Below are positions 1-8,760 of a DNA stretch of 64,000 nucleotides, piece by piece; within the stretch, counting starts at the first letter, position 1, and each line of letters starts with the position of its first letter. Location: assembly GCA_018061005.1 (NCBI GenBank), contig JAGOVA010000005.1, forward strand, positions 13,292 through 77,291, written 5' to 3'. This DNA is from Sterolibacterium sp. (GTDB lineage Bacteria > Pseudomonadota > Gammaproteobacteria > Burkholderiales > Rhodocyclaceae). Both the position numbers and the translations under genes were made by a program. The notes under the pieces were generated by a model that saw nothing but the letters and a program-made list of their open reading frames with translations, did not search any database and was not told the DNA's origin.

Positions 1-581
1 GCATCGGCAGCACGCGCGAACAGATCATCGAACAGCGGGTCGTTGCCGGTATTGAGCGTGTTGCCCAGCTTGTCGGCACGATCGACATGCACCAGCGCGA
101 CATCGAGCTTGAGCGCGGGCATCGCCAGCAGCACTTCACCATCGGCATACGGCGACTTGACCATTTTCAGCATCGGATTGTGCTTGACCACATCCGTGCC
201 CAGACCGCAGCGTGTCGGCAGGAAAGGCACGCGCATGCCCGCAGCACGCAGCCCCCACTCGAACATGCCTTCATCCAGCTCCATCACTTCCAGCTGGCCG
301 GCCTCGCGCGCCTTACGGTAGTACGGCTCCAGCGGGATGGCATCCATGGTGACAAAGCCGTAGATCAGCTTCTTGACCTTGCCTGCCGCACACAGCAGGC
401 CGACTTCCGGGCCGCCGTAGGCCACGATGGTGAGATCCCTGACATCCGAGCGCAGCAGTTCGCGCACCAGTGCCATCGGCTTGCGCCGTGGCCCCCAGCC
501 GCCGATCCCGATGGTCATGCCGCTCTTGATGTTGGCGACCACATCGGCAGCACGCATCTGCTTGTTGAGAGGTTGGTTCAT
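1..581 (-). CDS. CoA-transferase subunit A (family I, glutaconate/3-oxoacid type), 5' part only; gene runs off the window
   Basis: My translation of the minus strand from ATG at 581 gives MNQPLNKQMRAADVVANIKSGMTIGIGGWGPRRKPMALVRELLRSDVRDLTIVAYGGPEVGLL..., typical of the alpha subunit N-terminus. It is missing from the ORF track because it has no stop inside the window. Confidence 0.75.
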   Translation of the reverse strand, partial: MNQPLNKQMRAADVVANIKSGMTIGIGGWGPRRKPMALVRELLRSDVRDLTIVAYGGPEVGLLCAAGKVKKLIYGFVTMDAIPLEPYYRKAREAGQLEVMELDEGMFEWGLRAAGMRVPFLPTRCGLGTDVVKHNPMLKMVKSPYADGEVLLAMPALKLDVALVHVDRADKLGNTLNTGNDPLFDDLFARAAD

Positions 582-785
582 TCGCTGGCTTTGTCCTTTC
601 CGGTGAACAATGGCAATCGCTTGCACAGTAAGGCGAGCCATAGCCCGCCTGATCGTGGGAATTCTGGCGAGATTACCTCTGCGGCTCATCGTCCAACAGG
701 ACTAGCAACGCGCACACAAAAGCAGGCCAAGCGTTTGACGGAAAAAGGATTTCAGGGTGCTACGGGGCTTGCCACCGCATCTGGA

Positions 786-1625
786 TCAGCCCAGAAACAG
801 CTCGGCATCCTGCCGCTGCGCGTCGACTTCCGCCATGACCGCCTTGATATCCGACCAGTCCAGACACAGACGGTCAAAGGCGAATTCGGAAATACGCGGT
901 GCCAGATCGTCGGCATCATTCGCAAAACACAGGGTATGCGAGATGACGTTGGCGACATGAATCAAGCTGGTCAGGGTACTGGCCGGATGATTTTCCGGCT
1001 CATGATGGCCGGCCACCGCACGGGCGACTTCCGGCGCAAACTTCCAGCTTTCGGCCACCGCCTCGCCAATCTGGCTATGCGAGAAGCCCAGCGTGCGCTT
1101 CTCGGCATCGAGCATGCGGCAATCTTCACGACGCTGGTGCTCAATCACTCCGACAAAGTGCTCCGGAAAACGCGCCGCCAGCACCAGCTTGCCGATATCG
1201 TGTAGCAGACCGGCCATGAACGCGGTTTCGGGATTGACGCGGGTATGTTTGGCCAATGCCCGCGCCACCAGCGCCGTGCAGACACTGTGCAGCCAAAAAC
1301 CGCGTAATTCGTAACCGGGAATCTGTAACTGCTGAAAACGCCCGGCCACCGCCATGGAGGACACCATGGTGGCCACCGCCTGCTGACCCACCACCGCCAG
1401 CGCATCCGGAATGCTCGCCACCCGCCGCTGCAAGCCATACACCGACGAATTGGCCAGACTCAGACAGCGGGCTGCCAGCACGGGATCCTGCGCGACCAGT
1501 CGGGAAATCTCACGCGGATCCACCGCGTCACGCCCCAGCAGTTCCACCAGCTGGGACACCACCGTTGGTGCCGCCGGGAGATTATCCAGATCTGCAATCA
1601 CCGATTGCAGGTTGATCGGCGTCAT
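786..1625 (-). CDS. HDOD domain signalling protein
   Basis: 279 aa ORF with the HDOD-like core (GLLHDIGKLVL, GFSHSQIGEAVAESWKFAPEVARAVAGHHEP). High GC3. Confidence 0.85.
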   Translation of the reverse strand: MTPINLQSVIADLDNLPAAPTVVSQLVELLGRDAVDPREISRLVAQDPVLAARCLSLANSSVYGLQRRVASIPDALAVVGQQAVATMVSSMAVAGRFQQLQIPGYELRGFWLHSVCTALVARALAKHTRVNPETAFMAGLLHDIGKLVLAARFPEHFVGVIEHQRREDCRMLDAEKRTLGFSHSQIGEAVAESWKFAPEVARAVAGHHEPENHPASTLTSLIHVANVISHTLCFANDADDLAPRISEFAFDRLCLDWSDIKAVMAEVDAQRQDAELFLG

Positions 1626-1987
1626 GGGCGTTTTTCCTGGCGACCCAGGCGTTCTAAGCGATCTAAGCGATACTCAAGCACGGCCTTGAACAAACCTTGC
1701 GTCACGGCATCCGACTCAGACTTGCGGAACAAACGACGCACCCGGATACGCACCGCATCTTCGTCACACGCCGAGGGCATCACATCCGCATCCGCAACTG
1801 CAGCGGGAGCTTCCGGCAGCACTTCGATGTCGCGAACACCAAGCTCCTGCAAACGCAGCAGTTTCGCGGCATCCAGCCGGGTTCCGGCGGGCAGCAGCAA
1901 CCCACCATCCGCACGCAGCACGGGGGAGGCCAGCACCATATCCGGTGCAGCTTGAACCAGCGGAACGAGATGGATTGCGGCAGGCAT
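1622..1987 (-). CDS. small hypothetical protein translationally coupled to the HDOD gene
   Basis: Its stop overlaps the HDOD start by 4 nt (1622-1625). I prefer the internal ATG at 1987 (MPAAIHLVPLVQAAPDMVLASPVL...) over the ORF-track start at 2152, which would run into the LuxR gene end. GC3 looks like coding sequence. The start is uncertain (2029 is also possible). Confidence 0.5.
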   Translation of the reverse strand: MPAAIHLVPLVQAAPDMVLASPVLRADGGLLLPAGTRLDAAKLLRLQELGVRDIEVLPEAPAAVADADVMPSACDEDAVRIRVRRLFRKSESDAVTQGLFKAVLEYRLDRLERLGRQEKRP

Positions 1988-2090
1988 GTTTTGTCTCGAA
2001 GAATAACCCTCAGAGCAGTCGTTTGTCATGCACACAAACACACCACAAACGACCACTTTTTCTATTACAAAGTATATACCAAGGCACGCC

Positions 2091-3314
2091 TCAACTGACC
2101 GAAGCGACGCTATTGAGCAACAAGCGTACCAGCATTGTCTGGCGAGTGACACCGGTTTTGGAAAAAATCGAACGCAAATGGGCGCGCGCCGTGTTCTTGC
2201 GGATATTCAGCTCCACCGCCGCCTCATCCAGCGTCAGGCCATTGGTGAGCAGCAGCGCCAGCGCAACTTCCGCCGAGGTAAAGCCGAACAGACGGCGCAC
2301 CAGTTCATGCGAAGGGTGCGGCTGATGGCGCGGGTCACGGATGAACACCGCCACCTGCTGCCAGTCGTTGCCTTCCGACAGCTCGTTACAGGGAATCGAG
2401 CGCACCAGCACACCCAGCTTGGGCTGCCCCGACGGACGCGTCAGCGAAATGGCTTCGGCCACCGCAGGGGCGGTGCGTGAATTGCTCGCCAGACCGATCT
2501 TGATCAGGCGCTGCAGTTCGCGGTCTTCCAATGCGTATTCGGCATGCAACCGCCCCTTGGCGACCTCGATGCCATCTTTTTCAGCGAGGATGCTGTCCGC
2601 CACGCCATTGCTGCGGATGATCATGCCCTGTTCGTTGAGGACAACTGTGCCAATCTGCATGCGATCCATCGCCACGGCATACAGCCGCCGCTCGGACTCA
2701 ATGCCTTCGACACGAGAACGTAGCTTCACGGAACGCCGCAGGTGCGGCAGCAGATGCTGACAAAACGCTTTATCGTGCTCGCTGAAGTCCTGCGCGCCCG
2801 GCGGGCGGGTGATCCGCAAACGACACTCGCCACCGCCCTCAATGGGGATATCGGCACCAATGATGTAGCGAATGTGGTTCGGCTCGATGAACTGCCGGTA
2901 AAACTCGCCTTGCGTCCATTGCCGTGTATCGATCATTTCATCGATCGCCAGCACTTTGTCGGCTGGCAGACCGACAAAAGGATCCAGAGAAAACACCTGA
3001 AAGTGGTTGTAGGCCGCGCCATACAGATCCTCGCCGCGCGCACTGGCCCGCACCAGGATCGCCTGCTGGGTGGTCGAGGCCGGGCGCAGGATCAAGGTCA
3101 CCCAGTTGGCATCGAGATGCAGCCTGATCTGACGCATCGCACTCGCCCAGGGCACATCCTCCAGCGGCCCTTCATAAATTTTCCCGACCAACTCGCTGAA
3201 CTGGTCGAAACTCAAGGCCAGCGGCAACGGCTCCGGCGCGGCGGCTACAGACGCTGCCGCCGCATCGGATTCCTTGGGGGGGGCGGCCCGGGTTGTCCGG
3301 GTTGCTTTCGTCAC
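2091..3314 (-). CDS. LuxR-family transcriptional regulator with a large N-terminal sensor-like region
   Basis: C-terminal LuxR-type HTH (FGFTSAEVALALLLTNGLTLDEAAVELNIRKNTARAHLRSIFSKTGV). The ORF-track start at 3452 overlaps the crotonase gene. GTG at 3314 is the first start downstream of that gene's stop, so the start is approximate. Confidence 0.8.
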   Translation of the reverse strand: MTKATRTTRAAPPKESDAAAASVAAAPEPLPLALSFDQFSELVGKIYEGPLEDVPWASAMRQIRLHLDANWVTLILRPASTTQQAILVRASARGEDLYGAAYNHFQVFSLDPFVGLPADKVLAIDEMIDTRQWTQGEFYRQFIEPNHIRYIIGADIPIEGGGECRLRITRPPGAQDFSEHDKAFCQHLLPHLRRSVKLRSRVEGIESERRLYAVAMDRMQIGTVVLNEQGMIIRSNGVADSILAEKDGIEVAKGRLHAEYALEDRELQRLIKIGLASNSRTAPAVAEAISLTRPSGQPKLGVLVRSIPCNELSEGNDWQQVAVFIRDPRHQPHPSHELVRRLFGFTSAEVALALLLTNGLTLDEAAVELNIRKNTARAHLRSIFSKTGVTRQTMLVRLLLNSVASVS

Positions 3315-3336
3315 GCGCGCTGAACAGGGGGGCGGA

Positions 3337-4167
3337 TTAAACGCCGCGATACACAGGCTTGCGTTTTTCCATGAACGCCATGGTACCTTCCTTGGCATCC
3401 AGACTGCCCGCCACGCAAACGCCGATCGACCCTTCGAATTCGAGGATTTCATCGAGCGTCATGTATTGCGACATGTGGATCAGGCGACGCGCGGCATCCA
3501 CGGCCACACTAGCACGTTGCGCCAGCATGCGGGCGTATTCGAAGGCCATTTCGAAGTCTTTGCCTTCCGGCACGAGCTCGTCGATCAGCCCGAGTTCCTT
3601 GCATTCTTCAGCTTTGAAGATTTTGGCCGTCTCGACCATCATCAGCGCGTTAGAGAAGCCCACGATACGCGGCAGGAAGTAAGACATGCCGCAATCCGGT
3701 GCCACACCGACATTGGTGAATATCGCCGCCATCTTGGTCGTGGTGTCAGCAAAGCGACGGTCACACGCCAGCGCGTAGGCCAACCCTGCACCCACCGCCG
3801 GGCCATGAATCGCGGCAATGACGGGTTTGTCGACCAGCACTAGTTGACGCGTCACTTCAAAGAACGGGCCACCCGGCGACTTGCGCTGCGAGCGCGGAAT
3901 CGGCCGCGAAGCATCCGAAGTCCCCGGCATGGGACGGTCGCCTTCGCCCGAAAGAAAATCGACATCGCCGCCCGCGCAGAAAGCACGCCCTTCGCCCGTC
4001 AACAAGATGGTGCGGACTTCGTCCTGATAACGCAATTTGAGCAGCAGGGCGGCGAGTTCCTCGGCCAGATCCCAACTCACCGCATTGAGCTTGTCGGGGC
4101 GGTTGAGCGTAATGATGCCGACATTGTCTTCGAGTCGGAACGTGAGGTACTTGTATTCTTCGGCCAT
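3337..4167 (-). CDS. enoyl-CoA hydratase/isomerase (crotonase) family protein
   Basis: 276 aa with LNRPDKLNA, GEGRAFCAGGD and IAAIHGPAVGAGL, the crotonase oxyanion-hole signatures. Confidence 0.9.
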   Translation of the reverse strand: MAEEYKYLTFRLEDNVGIITLNRPDKLNAVSWDLAEELAALLLKLRYQDEVRTILLTGEGRAFCAGGDVDFLSGEGDRPMPGTSDASRPIPRSQRKSPGGPFFEVTRQLVLVDKPVIAAIHGPAVGAGLAYALACDRRFADTTTKMAAIFTNVGVAPDCGMSYFLPRIVGFSNALMMVETAKIFKAEECKELGLIDELVPEGKDFEMAFEYARMLAQRASVAVDAARRLIHMSQYMTLDEILEFEGSIGVCVAGSLDAKEGTMAFMEKRKPVYRGV

Positions 4168-4220
4168 GGTGGATTCCTAGTGTGTGTCTTGGCTGATGAA
4201 ATATTCAATCAATTCTGTTC

Positions 4221-4300
4221 GCATTGAGCCATTTGCATTGAGCCTGTCGAAATGCGCGCTGGACAAACCATGGGCTTCGACAGGCTCAGCCCGAACGGTA
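4221..4300. repeat. REP-like palindromic element, an inverted pair of about 27-bp units
   Basis: Perfect 13-bp inverted repeat tgagcctgtcgaa (4239-4251) / ttcgacaggctca (4276-4288), inside longer imperfect arms 4229-4255 and 4272-4298. gcattgagcc is also directly duplicated at 4221 and 4235. The element lies between the LLM gene stop and the crotonase start. Confidence 0.7.
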
Positions 4301-4370
4301 TCGGGTCAATCAAACGCCGGACGGCACCGCGCTGGGGTTACCAGAGTCACGGTGCAACGGGCGACATCCC

Positions 4371-5291
4371 TCAACGGAATTGCGGGATGATTTCCTTGTC
4401 GTACCACTCGATCCATTCCAGGCAGGCCTCGAAGGTCGGCAGGCGCGGCGGACGCACCTGTACCGAGGTTGCACCGGCCTTTTGCAGCGATTCGACTTCA
4501 CGCAACACGCTGTCGCGGTCGGCGGAAATGTGGGTTTCGCCCTTGTCAATATGCGCGTCATTGACATTGTAGGCGGTGGTGGTACACATGAACTCGAAGG
4601 TGTCTTTCTTCGCTTCGAACTCAGGTAGGCTCTTCATGTACTTGATGCAGTCCGGCAGATCGGCCGCCGTGACCAGCCATGGAATCCAGCCATCGCCCAG
4701 TTTGGCCGCACGGCGCATGGCGGGCTTGGAATTGCCGCCGATAAAAATGGGGGGATGCGGTTTCTGCACCGGCTTCGGCTCGATGATCACGTCGCTGAAC
4801 TTGACGTATTCGCCGTTGAAGCTGGGCTTGTCGGCCATCCAGGCTTCCTTCAGCGCGGCGATGTATTCGTCGGCCATCGGGCCGCGCTTCTCGAACGGCA
4901 CGTTGAGGCAGTCGAACTCATGTTGCAGGTGGCCGACCGCGGTGCCCAGCGTGAAGCGACCCCCACCAATGAATTCCATGGTGGCAATCTGCTTGGCCAG
5001 CAGCAGCGGATGACGATACGGCAGCACCAGCACGAAGGTCAGCATATGGATACGCTCGGTCGCGCCCATCAGCACCGATGCGGCGGTGATGCCTTCGACA
5101 AAACGCGTACCCATGTGCTCGGCCATCGCGGTCGGCATGACGAGGTGTTCGGGAATGGTCAGCCAGTCCCAGCTGAGGCTGTCGGCCTTCTTGGCAAAAC
5201 GCAGGATTTCCTCACGACCGGCGTGTGGTTCCCAGGGCGCCATTGCGGGCGGGTAGTTGTCCATGCCGCAAGCGGCGAGTGCGAATTTCAT
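4371..5291 (-). CDS. LLM-class (luciferase-like) flavin/F420-dependent oxidoreductase
   Basis: About 306 aa from ATG 5291 (MKFALAACGMD...). Luciferase-like TIM-barrel features (HPPIFIGGNSKPAMRRAAKLGDGWIPW). Confidence 0.85.
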   Translation of the reverse strand: MKFALAACGMDNYPPAMAPWEPHAGREEILRFAKKADSLSWDWLTIPEHLVMPTAMAEHMGTRFVEGITAASVLMGATERIHMLTFVLVLPYRHPLLLAKQIATMEFIGGGRFTLGTAVGHLQHEFDCLNVPFEKRGPMADEYIAALKEAWMADKPSFNGEYVKFSDVIIEPKPVQKPHPPIFIGGNSKPAMRRAAKLGDGWIPWLVTAADLPDCIKYMKSLPEFEAKKDTFEFMCTTTAYNVNDAHIDKGETHISADRDSVLREVESLQKAGATSVQVRPPRLPTFEACLEWIEWYDKEIIPQFR

Positions 5292-5351
5292 GCTGATGCG
5301 CTCCTGTTTCCTGTTAGTCATTAGGGTTAGCGAACGGGTGAGTTTAACCCA

Positions 5352-6578
5352 TCAATAGATGATCTGCCGCTGTACCAGATCGTCATAACGTTGCGTCGAC
5401 ATGCCGAGAATGTTTTTGAACACATGCTCGTTGTTTTCGCCAATCATCGGGCCAGGACGCACCGTCGGGCCGCCCGCACTCAGTTTGACGTAAGCGCCGT
5501 ACAGCGTTTCCTTGAAGCCCAGCGGGTGGGTGACTTCAACGAAGGTCTGCCGTGCCTGATAGTGCGGGTCATGCAGCAGATCGGCCACGTTGAGTACGGG
5601 CGTGGCCGCCACCCCCTGTTTTTGCAAACGCTCGGCCAGTTCGCGGTCGTCATACTGCGCCGTCCACTCGCCGATCAGTTTGTGCAGCGTGTCGATATGT
5701 TGGACGCGGCTTGCCAGCGTGGCGAACTCGGGTACTTTCAGCCATTCTGGATGGCCGAAGGCGGTCAGCAAATGCTGCCATTCGTCGTCGCTGGCCACCG
5801 CAATGCTGATCCAGCGGTCATCGCCCTTGCAGGGGAACACGCCATGCGGTGCGGCGGCATTGAGCGGATGTTCATTGCCTTTGGGGCCGCCACTGCGCCC
5901 GTTGAGCGCGTAATCCATATACGCGGGGCCCACCATCTGCATCACCGCTTCCTGTTGCGAGAAGTCGATGTGCTGGCCGATGCCGGTATTGCGCCGGTGA
6001 TTGAGCGCGGTGACGATGGCGAACGCGCCGAAGATGCCTGCGTAGGGATCGGAATAAGCATTCTCGACCGGCAGCGGATCGCCGCCCTTGTAGCCCACCA
6101 GACTATCCAGCCCGGTGGTTGATGTCAGCGACAGGCCGTAGGAACGCAAATCCTTGAGCGGCCCGGTCAGCCCTGCACCGGGCATGGAAAACAGGATGAT
6201 GTCCTTTTTCAGCTTCGCCAGTTCGTCATAGCCCAGCCCCAGCCGTTCCATCACGCCGGGGCCGAAGTTCTCGACGACCACATCGGATTGCGCGATCAGG
6301 TCTTTCACCAGTTGCAGTGCTTCCGGCTCCTTGAGGTTCAGCGACACCGAGCCATTGCCCGCCCAGCAGGCGTGGTTCGACAAGCTGCGATTAGGATCGG
6401 GCTTGCCTTCGGCAAAAGGCGGCAGGTTGCGGGTGATATCGACCCGGGCGCGCGATTCGACCTTGTAGACTTCAGCCCCGAGAAACGCCAGGGTCTGGCC
6501 GACCACAGGGCCAGCCCAAACCCAGCCGAAATTGACCACGCGGATGCCTTGCAGCGGTAGTGGATTGCTCATCGGCAT
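5352..6578 (-). CDS. family III CoA-transferase (CaiB/BaiF type)
   Basis: From ATG 6578 (MPMSNPLPLQGIRVVNFGWVWAGPVVGQTLAFLGAEVYKVES), with a GAAAGGA Shine-Dalgarno upstream. The longer ORF-track start overlaps the upstream gene. Confidence 0.9.
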   Translation of the reverse strand: MPMSNPLPLQGIRVVNFGWVWAGPVVGQTLAFLGAEVYKVESRARVDITRNLPPFAEGKPDPNRSLSNHACWAGNGSVSLNLKEPEALQLVKDLIAQSDVVVENFGPGVMERLGLGYDELAKLKKDIILFSMPGAGLTGPLKDLRSYGLSLTSTTGLDSLVGYKGGDPLPVENAYSDPYAGIFGAFAIVTALNHRRNTGIGQHIDFSQQEAVMQMVGPAYMDYALNGRSGGPKGNEHPLNAAAPHGVFPCKGDDRWISIAVASDDEWQHLLTAFGHPEWLKVPEFATLASRVQHIDTLHKLIGEWTAQYDDRELAERLQKQGVAATPVLNVADLLHDPHYQARQTFVEVTHPLGFKETLYGAYVKLSAGGPTVRPGPMIGENNEHVFKNILGMSTQRYDDLVQRQIIY

Positions 6579-6585
6579 TTTCCTT

Positions 6586-7809
6586 TCAAATCGCAGCCTG
6601 CTGGCGCAGGGTTTGCAGTTCGGCGGCAGACAAACCCAGCAGACCACCGTAAATTTCATCGTTGTGTTGCCCGAGCAGCGGCGCGGGCGCACTGGGATTG
6701 CCGGGACTGGCCGGCAGCTTGAACGGCGCACCGAGGTTCTTCAGCTGACCCAGTTCCGGATGCTCCATATTGACGAAGTAATCGCGCGCCTTGAGGTGGG
6801 GCTGTTCGGCCGCCTCGGCTACGGTATAGACCGCCGTGATCGGGCAACCGGCGGCCTGACACTTTTCCTGGATTTCCATCTTGGTATGCTCCATCGTCCA
6901 TTCCGTCAGGAATGAATAGATGACATCCGCATTCTCTGCACGGGTTTTCATGTTCTGGAAGATATCGAGATCCGCCCATTCCGGATCGCCCATCACTTTA
7001 CGCAGGCCGTTCCACTGGCCGGGTTCGAGGGCGAGCATCCAGACGTGGCCATCTTTGCAGGGCATGATGGTGGCCGGCGCACCCTGCGGCATGCCCACGC
7101 CGGTACGCTTGTCGAAAATCCCGTCCTGCGCGTAACCGCCAATGTTCTGCCCGCCAATGAAAGCGGCGGCAATCGCTTCGGCACAGGAGACATCCACCTG
7201 CTGACCGCCGCCCACGATGTCGCGCCCATACACGGCGGCCATGCCCCAGGTCGCCCCGGTGATGGCGCCGAAATAATCGGCCGAGAAGGTGCCATGTTCC
7301 AGCGGCATTTCCCCCGGGCGACCGCAGTAACGCGAACTCGCCCCCGTCAGGTGATAGGCATTGAGATCGTAGCCATTCCACTCGCTGTAAGGCCCGGTCT
7401 GGCCATACGGCGTGATGGAGATGACCACCAGCTTCGGATTGGCGGCCTTGAGCGTGGCGTAATCGAGCTTCCAGGCACGCATCTGCTGCGGCAGGTTGTT
7501 CTCGATCAGCACATCCGCCCAGGCCAGCAAACGCAGGAACAACGCACGCCCGGCTTCGGTACGCACATCACAGGTCACGCCGCGCTTGCTGGTGTTGTTG
7601 ATAAAGTACAGACCACTTTTTTCCGGATGCGGAATGTCCTGCGGGAAGGGGCCCGTGCGCCGTGCGGCATCGCCTGCGGGCGACTCGACCTTGATGACCT
7701 CGGCGCCATAATCACCGAACAGCTTGGCGCAGAAAGGGGCAGAGACCATCTGGCCGAACTCGACCACTTTGATGCCCGCCAGTGCGCCAGTTTTTTTTGC
7801 TTCAGTCAT
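6586..7809 (-). CDS. family III CoA-transferase (CaiB/BaiF type)
   Basis: From ATG 7809 (MTEAKKTGALAGIKVVEFGQMVSAPFCAKLFGDYGAEVIKVESP), preceded by GGAGG. It ends 7 nt before the next transferase start. Confidence 0.9.
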   Translation of the reverse strand: MTEAKKTGALAGIKVVEFGQMVSAPFCAKLFGDYGAEVIKVESPAGDAARRTGPFPQDIPHPEKSGLYFINNTSKRGVTCDVRTEAGRALFLRLLAWADVLIENNLPQQMRAWKLDYATLKAANPKLVVISITPYGQTGPYSEWNGYDLNAYHLTGASSRYCGRPGEMPLEHGTFSADYFGAITGATWGMAAVYGRDIVGGGQQVDVSCAEAIAAAFIGGQNIGGYAQDGIFDKRTGVGMPQGAPATIMPCKDGHVWMLALEPGQWNGLRKVMGDPEWADLDIFQNMKTRAENADVIYSFLTEWTMEHTKMEIQEKCQAAGCPITAVYTVAEAAEQPHLKARDYFVNMEHPELGQLKNLGAPFKLPASPGNPSAPAPLLGQHNDEIYGGLLGLSAAELQTLRQQAAI

Positions 7810-7847
7810 TGAACCTCCAAGCCTAAACGTACACTTAAAAACCCGTG

Positions 7848-8609
7848 TCAATCAGGTTTCATTTGCAAAAATTTCAATAAATTTTCTGCCCCTGCGGTGC
7901 AATCGCGCACTGAGCCGTTAATCCGCAAAGCACGATCCACTGTGCCGGTATTGTACGAATAGCACGCGCCCACAGAAATGCCGTCGGTGCTGGCCGGGTG
8001 TTCTTCGATCGGTCGCGTGTTCCAGCGGCGGCTCTGCGCCACAAAATAACCGCGTTGCAAGACCTGCGCCGCTTCACGCGGCAGACCCTCCATCTCATCC
8101 ATCACCCAGGCGTAAAAGCCCCGCATGACGGGGCGACCGGCAAGGACGTGTGGCGTTTCAATGACATGTGCGCGGATCGCCCAATCATGCATTTGTTGTC
8201 CGTCACAGGTGATGCGAGCCTGTGTGATGCCTTCACGTTCATCCGTCACGGCAATTTCATACAGGCGATCCATGCCCACATCCGGCGCATGTACTGCCGC
8301 CAGCAGAACCATGTCGATCAGATGCGTGCAGTTTGTCGCTTGCGGCAAGGCGGCGCGCTGGGCGGCAATCGCCGTCAGCTCAAGCCCGACCAGTGCCTGA
8401 ATATTCGCCACTGCCTCCGGGCAGGTGGTGAATGGAAAGCGCAGCGGCTCGGCGATGATCTGCGTGATGTGCTGGCCGTCGTGCGCCAGTTGCAGGCGAA
8501 AGCCGTGATTGCTGTCTTCCATCGCGACGAAAACACCACCCGCCGTCGCACGCCAATGCAGGCGGCGACGGAAGACACCTGTGCCGTAGTTGGGGTTAGA
8601 CGTACCCAT
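7848..8609 (-). CDS. DUF2889-like protein of unknown function
   Basis: 253 aa. The pattern AMEDSNHGF...FTTCPEA...NCTHLIDM...QRGYFVAQSRR matches my recollection of DUF2889. Family assignment is from memory only. Confidence 0.7.
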   Translation of the reverse strand: MGTSNPNYGTGVFRRRLHWRATAGGVFVAMEDSNHGFRLQLAHDGQHITQIIAEPLRFPFTTCPEAVANIQALVGLELTAIAAQRAALPQATNCTHLIDMVLLAAVHAPDVGMDRLYEIAVTDEREGITQARITCDGQQMHDWAIRAHVIETPHVLAGRPVMRGFYAWVMDEMEGLPREAAQVLQRGYFVAQSRRWNTRPIEEHPASTDGISVGACYSYNTGTVDRALRINGSVRDCTAGAENLLKFLQMKPD

Positions 8610-8640
8610 GCATCAATCCTGCACGGCCATTTTTCAGCCC

Positions 8641-8706
8641 GTCATTCCCGCGCAAGCGGGAATCCACGAGCCAACACCCCTGGATTCCCGCTTGCGCGGG
8701 AATGAC
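8641..8706. repeat. nested palindromic REP element containing two ATTCCC-N8-GGGAAT units
   Basis: Arm 8641-8666 (gtcattcccgcgcaagcgggaatcca) is the exact reverse complement of arm 8681-8706. Each arm is itself a hairpin (attcccgc/gcgggaat). The spacer is 14 nt. Confidence 0.85.
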
Positions 8707-8760
8707 GGAGGATTGATGAGCATCATTGCTCGACAACGAGCCGCAAGACCTGCTGGCGGC

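Noticed and set aside
87-1205. 372-aa plus-strand ORF spanning the first kilobase
   Set aside because: It is antisense to the CoA-transferase subunit A fragment and the HDOD gene. The composition is Arg/His/Gln-rich and low-complexity with no recognisable motif, as expected for a GC-driven shadow ORF.
5352-6731. Long N-terminal extensions in the ORF track (also 6586-7851, 12314-13600, 34187-35086, 38688-39758, 41411-41944 and 48589-49752)
   Set aside because: The extensions overlap the upstream gene and precede internal starts that have Shine-Dalgarno sequences or canonical N-termini. I trimmed these ORFs to the internal starts.
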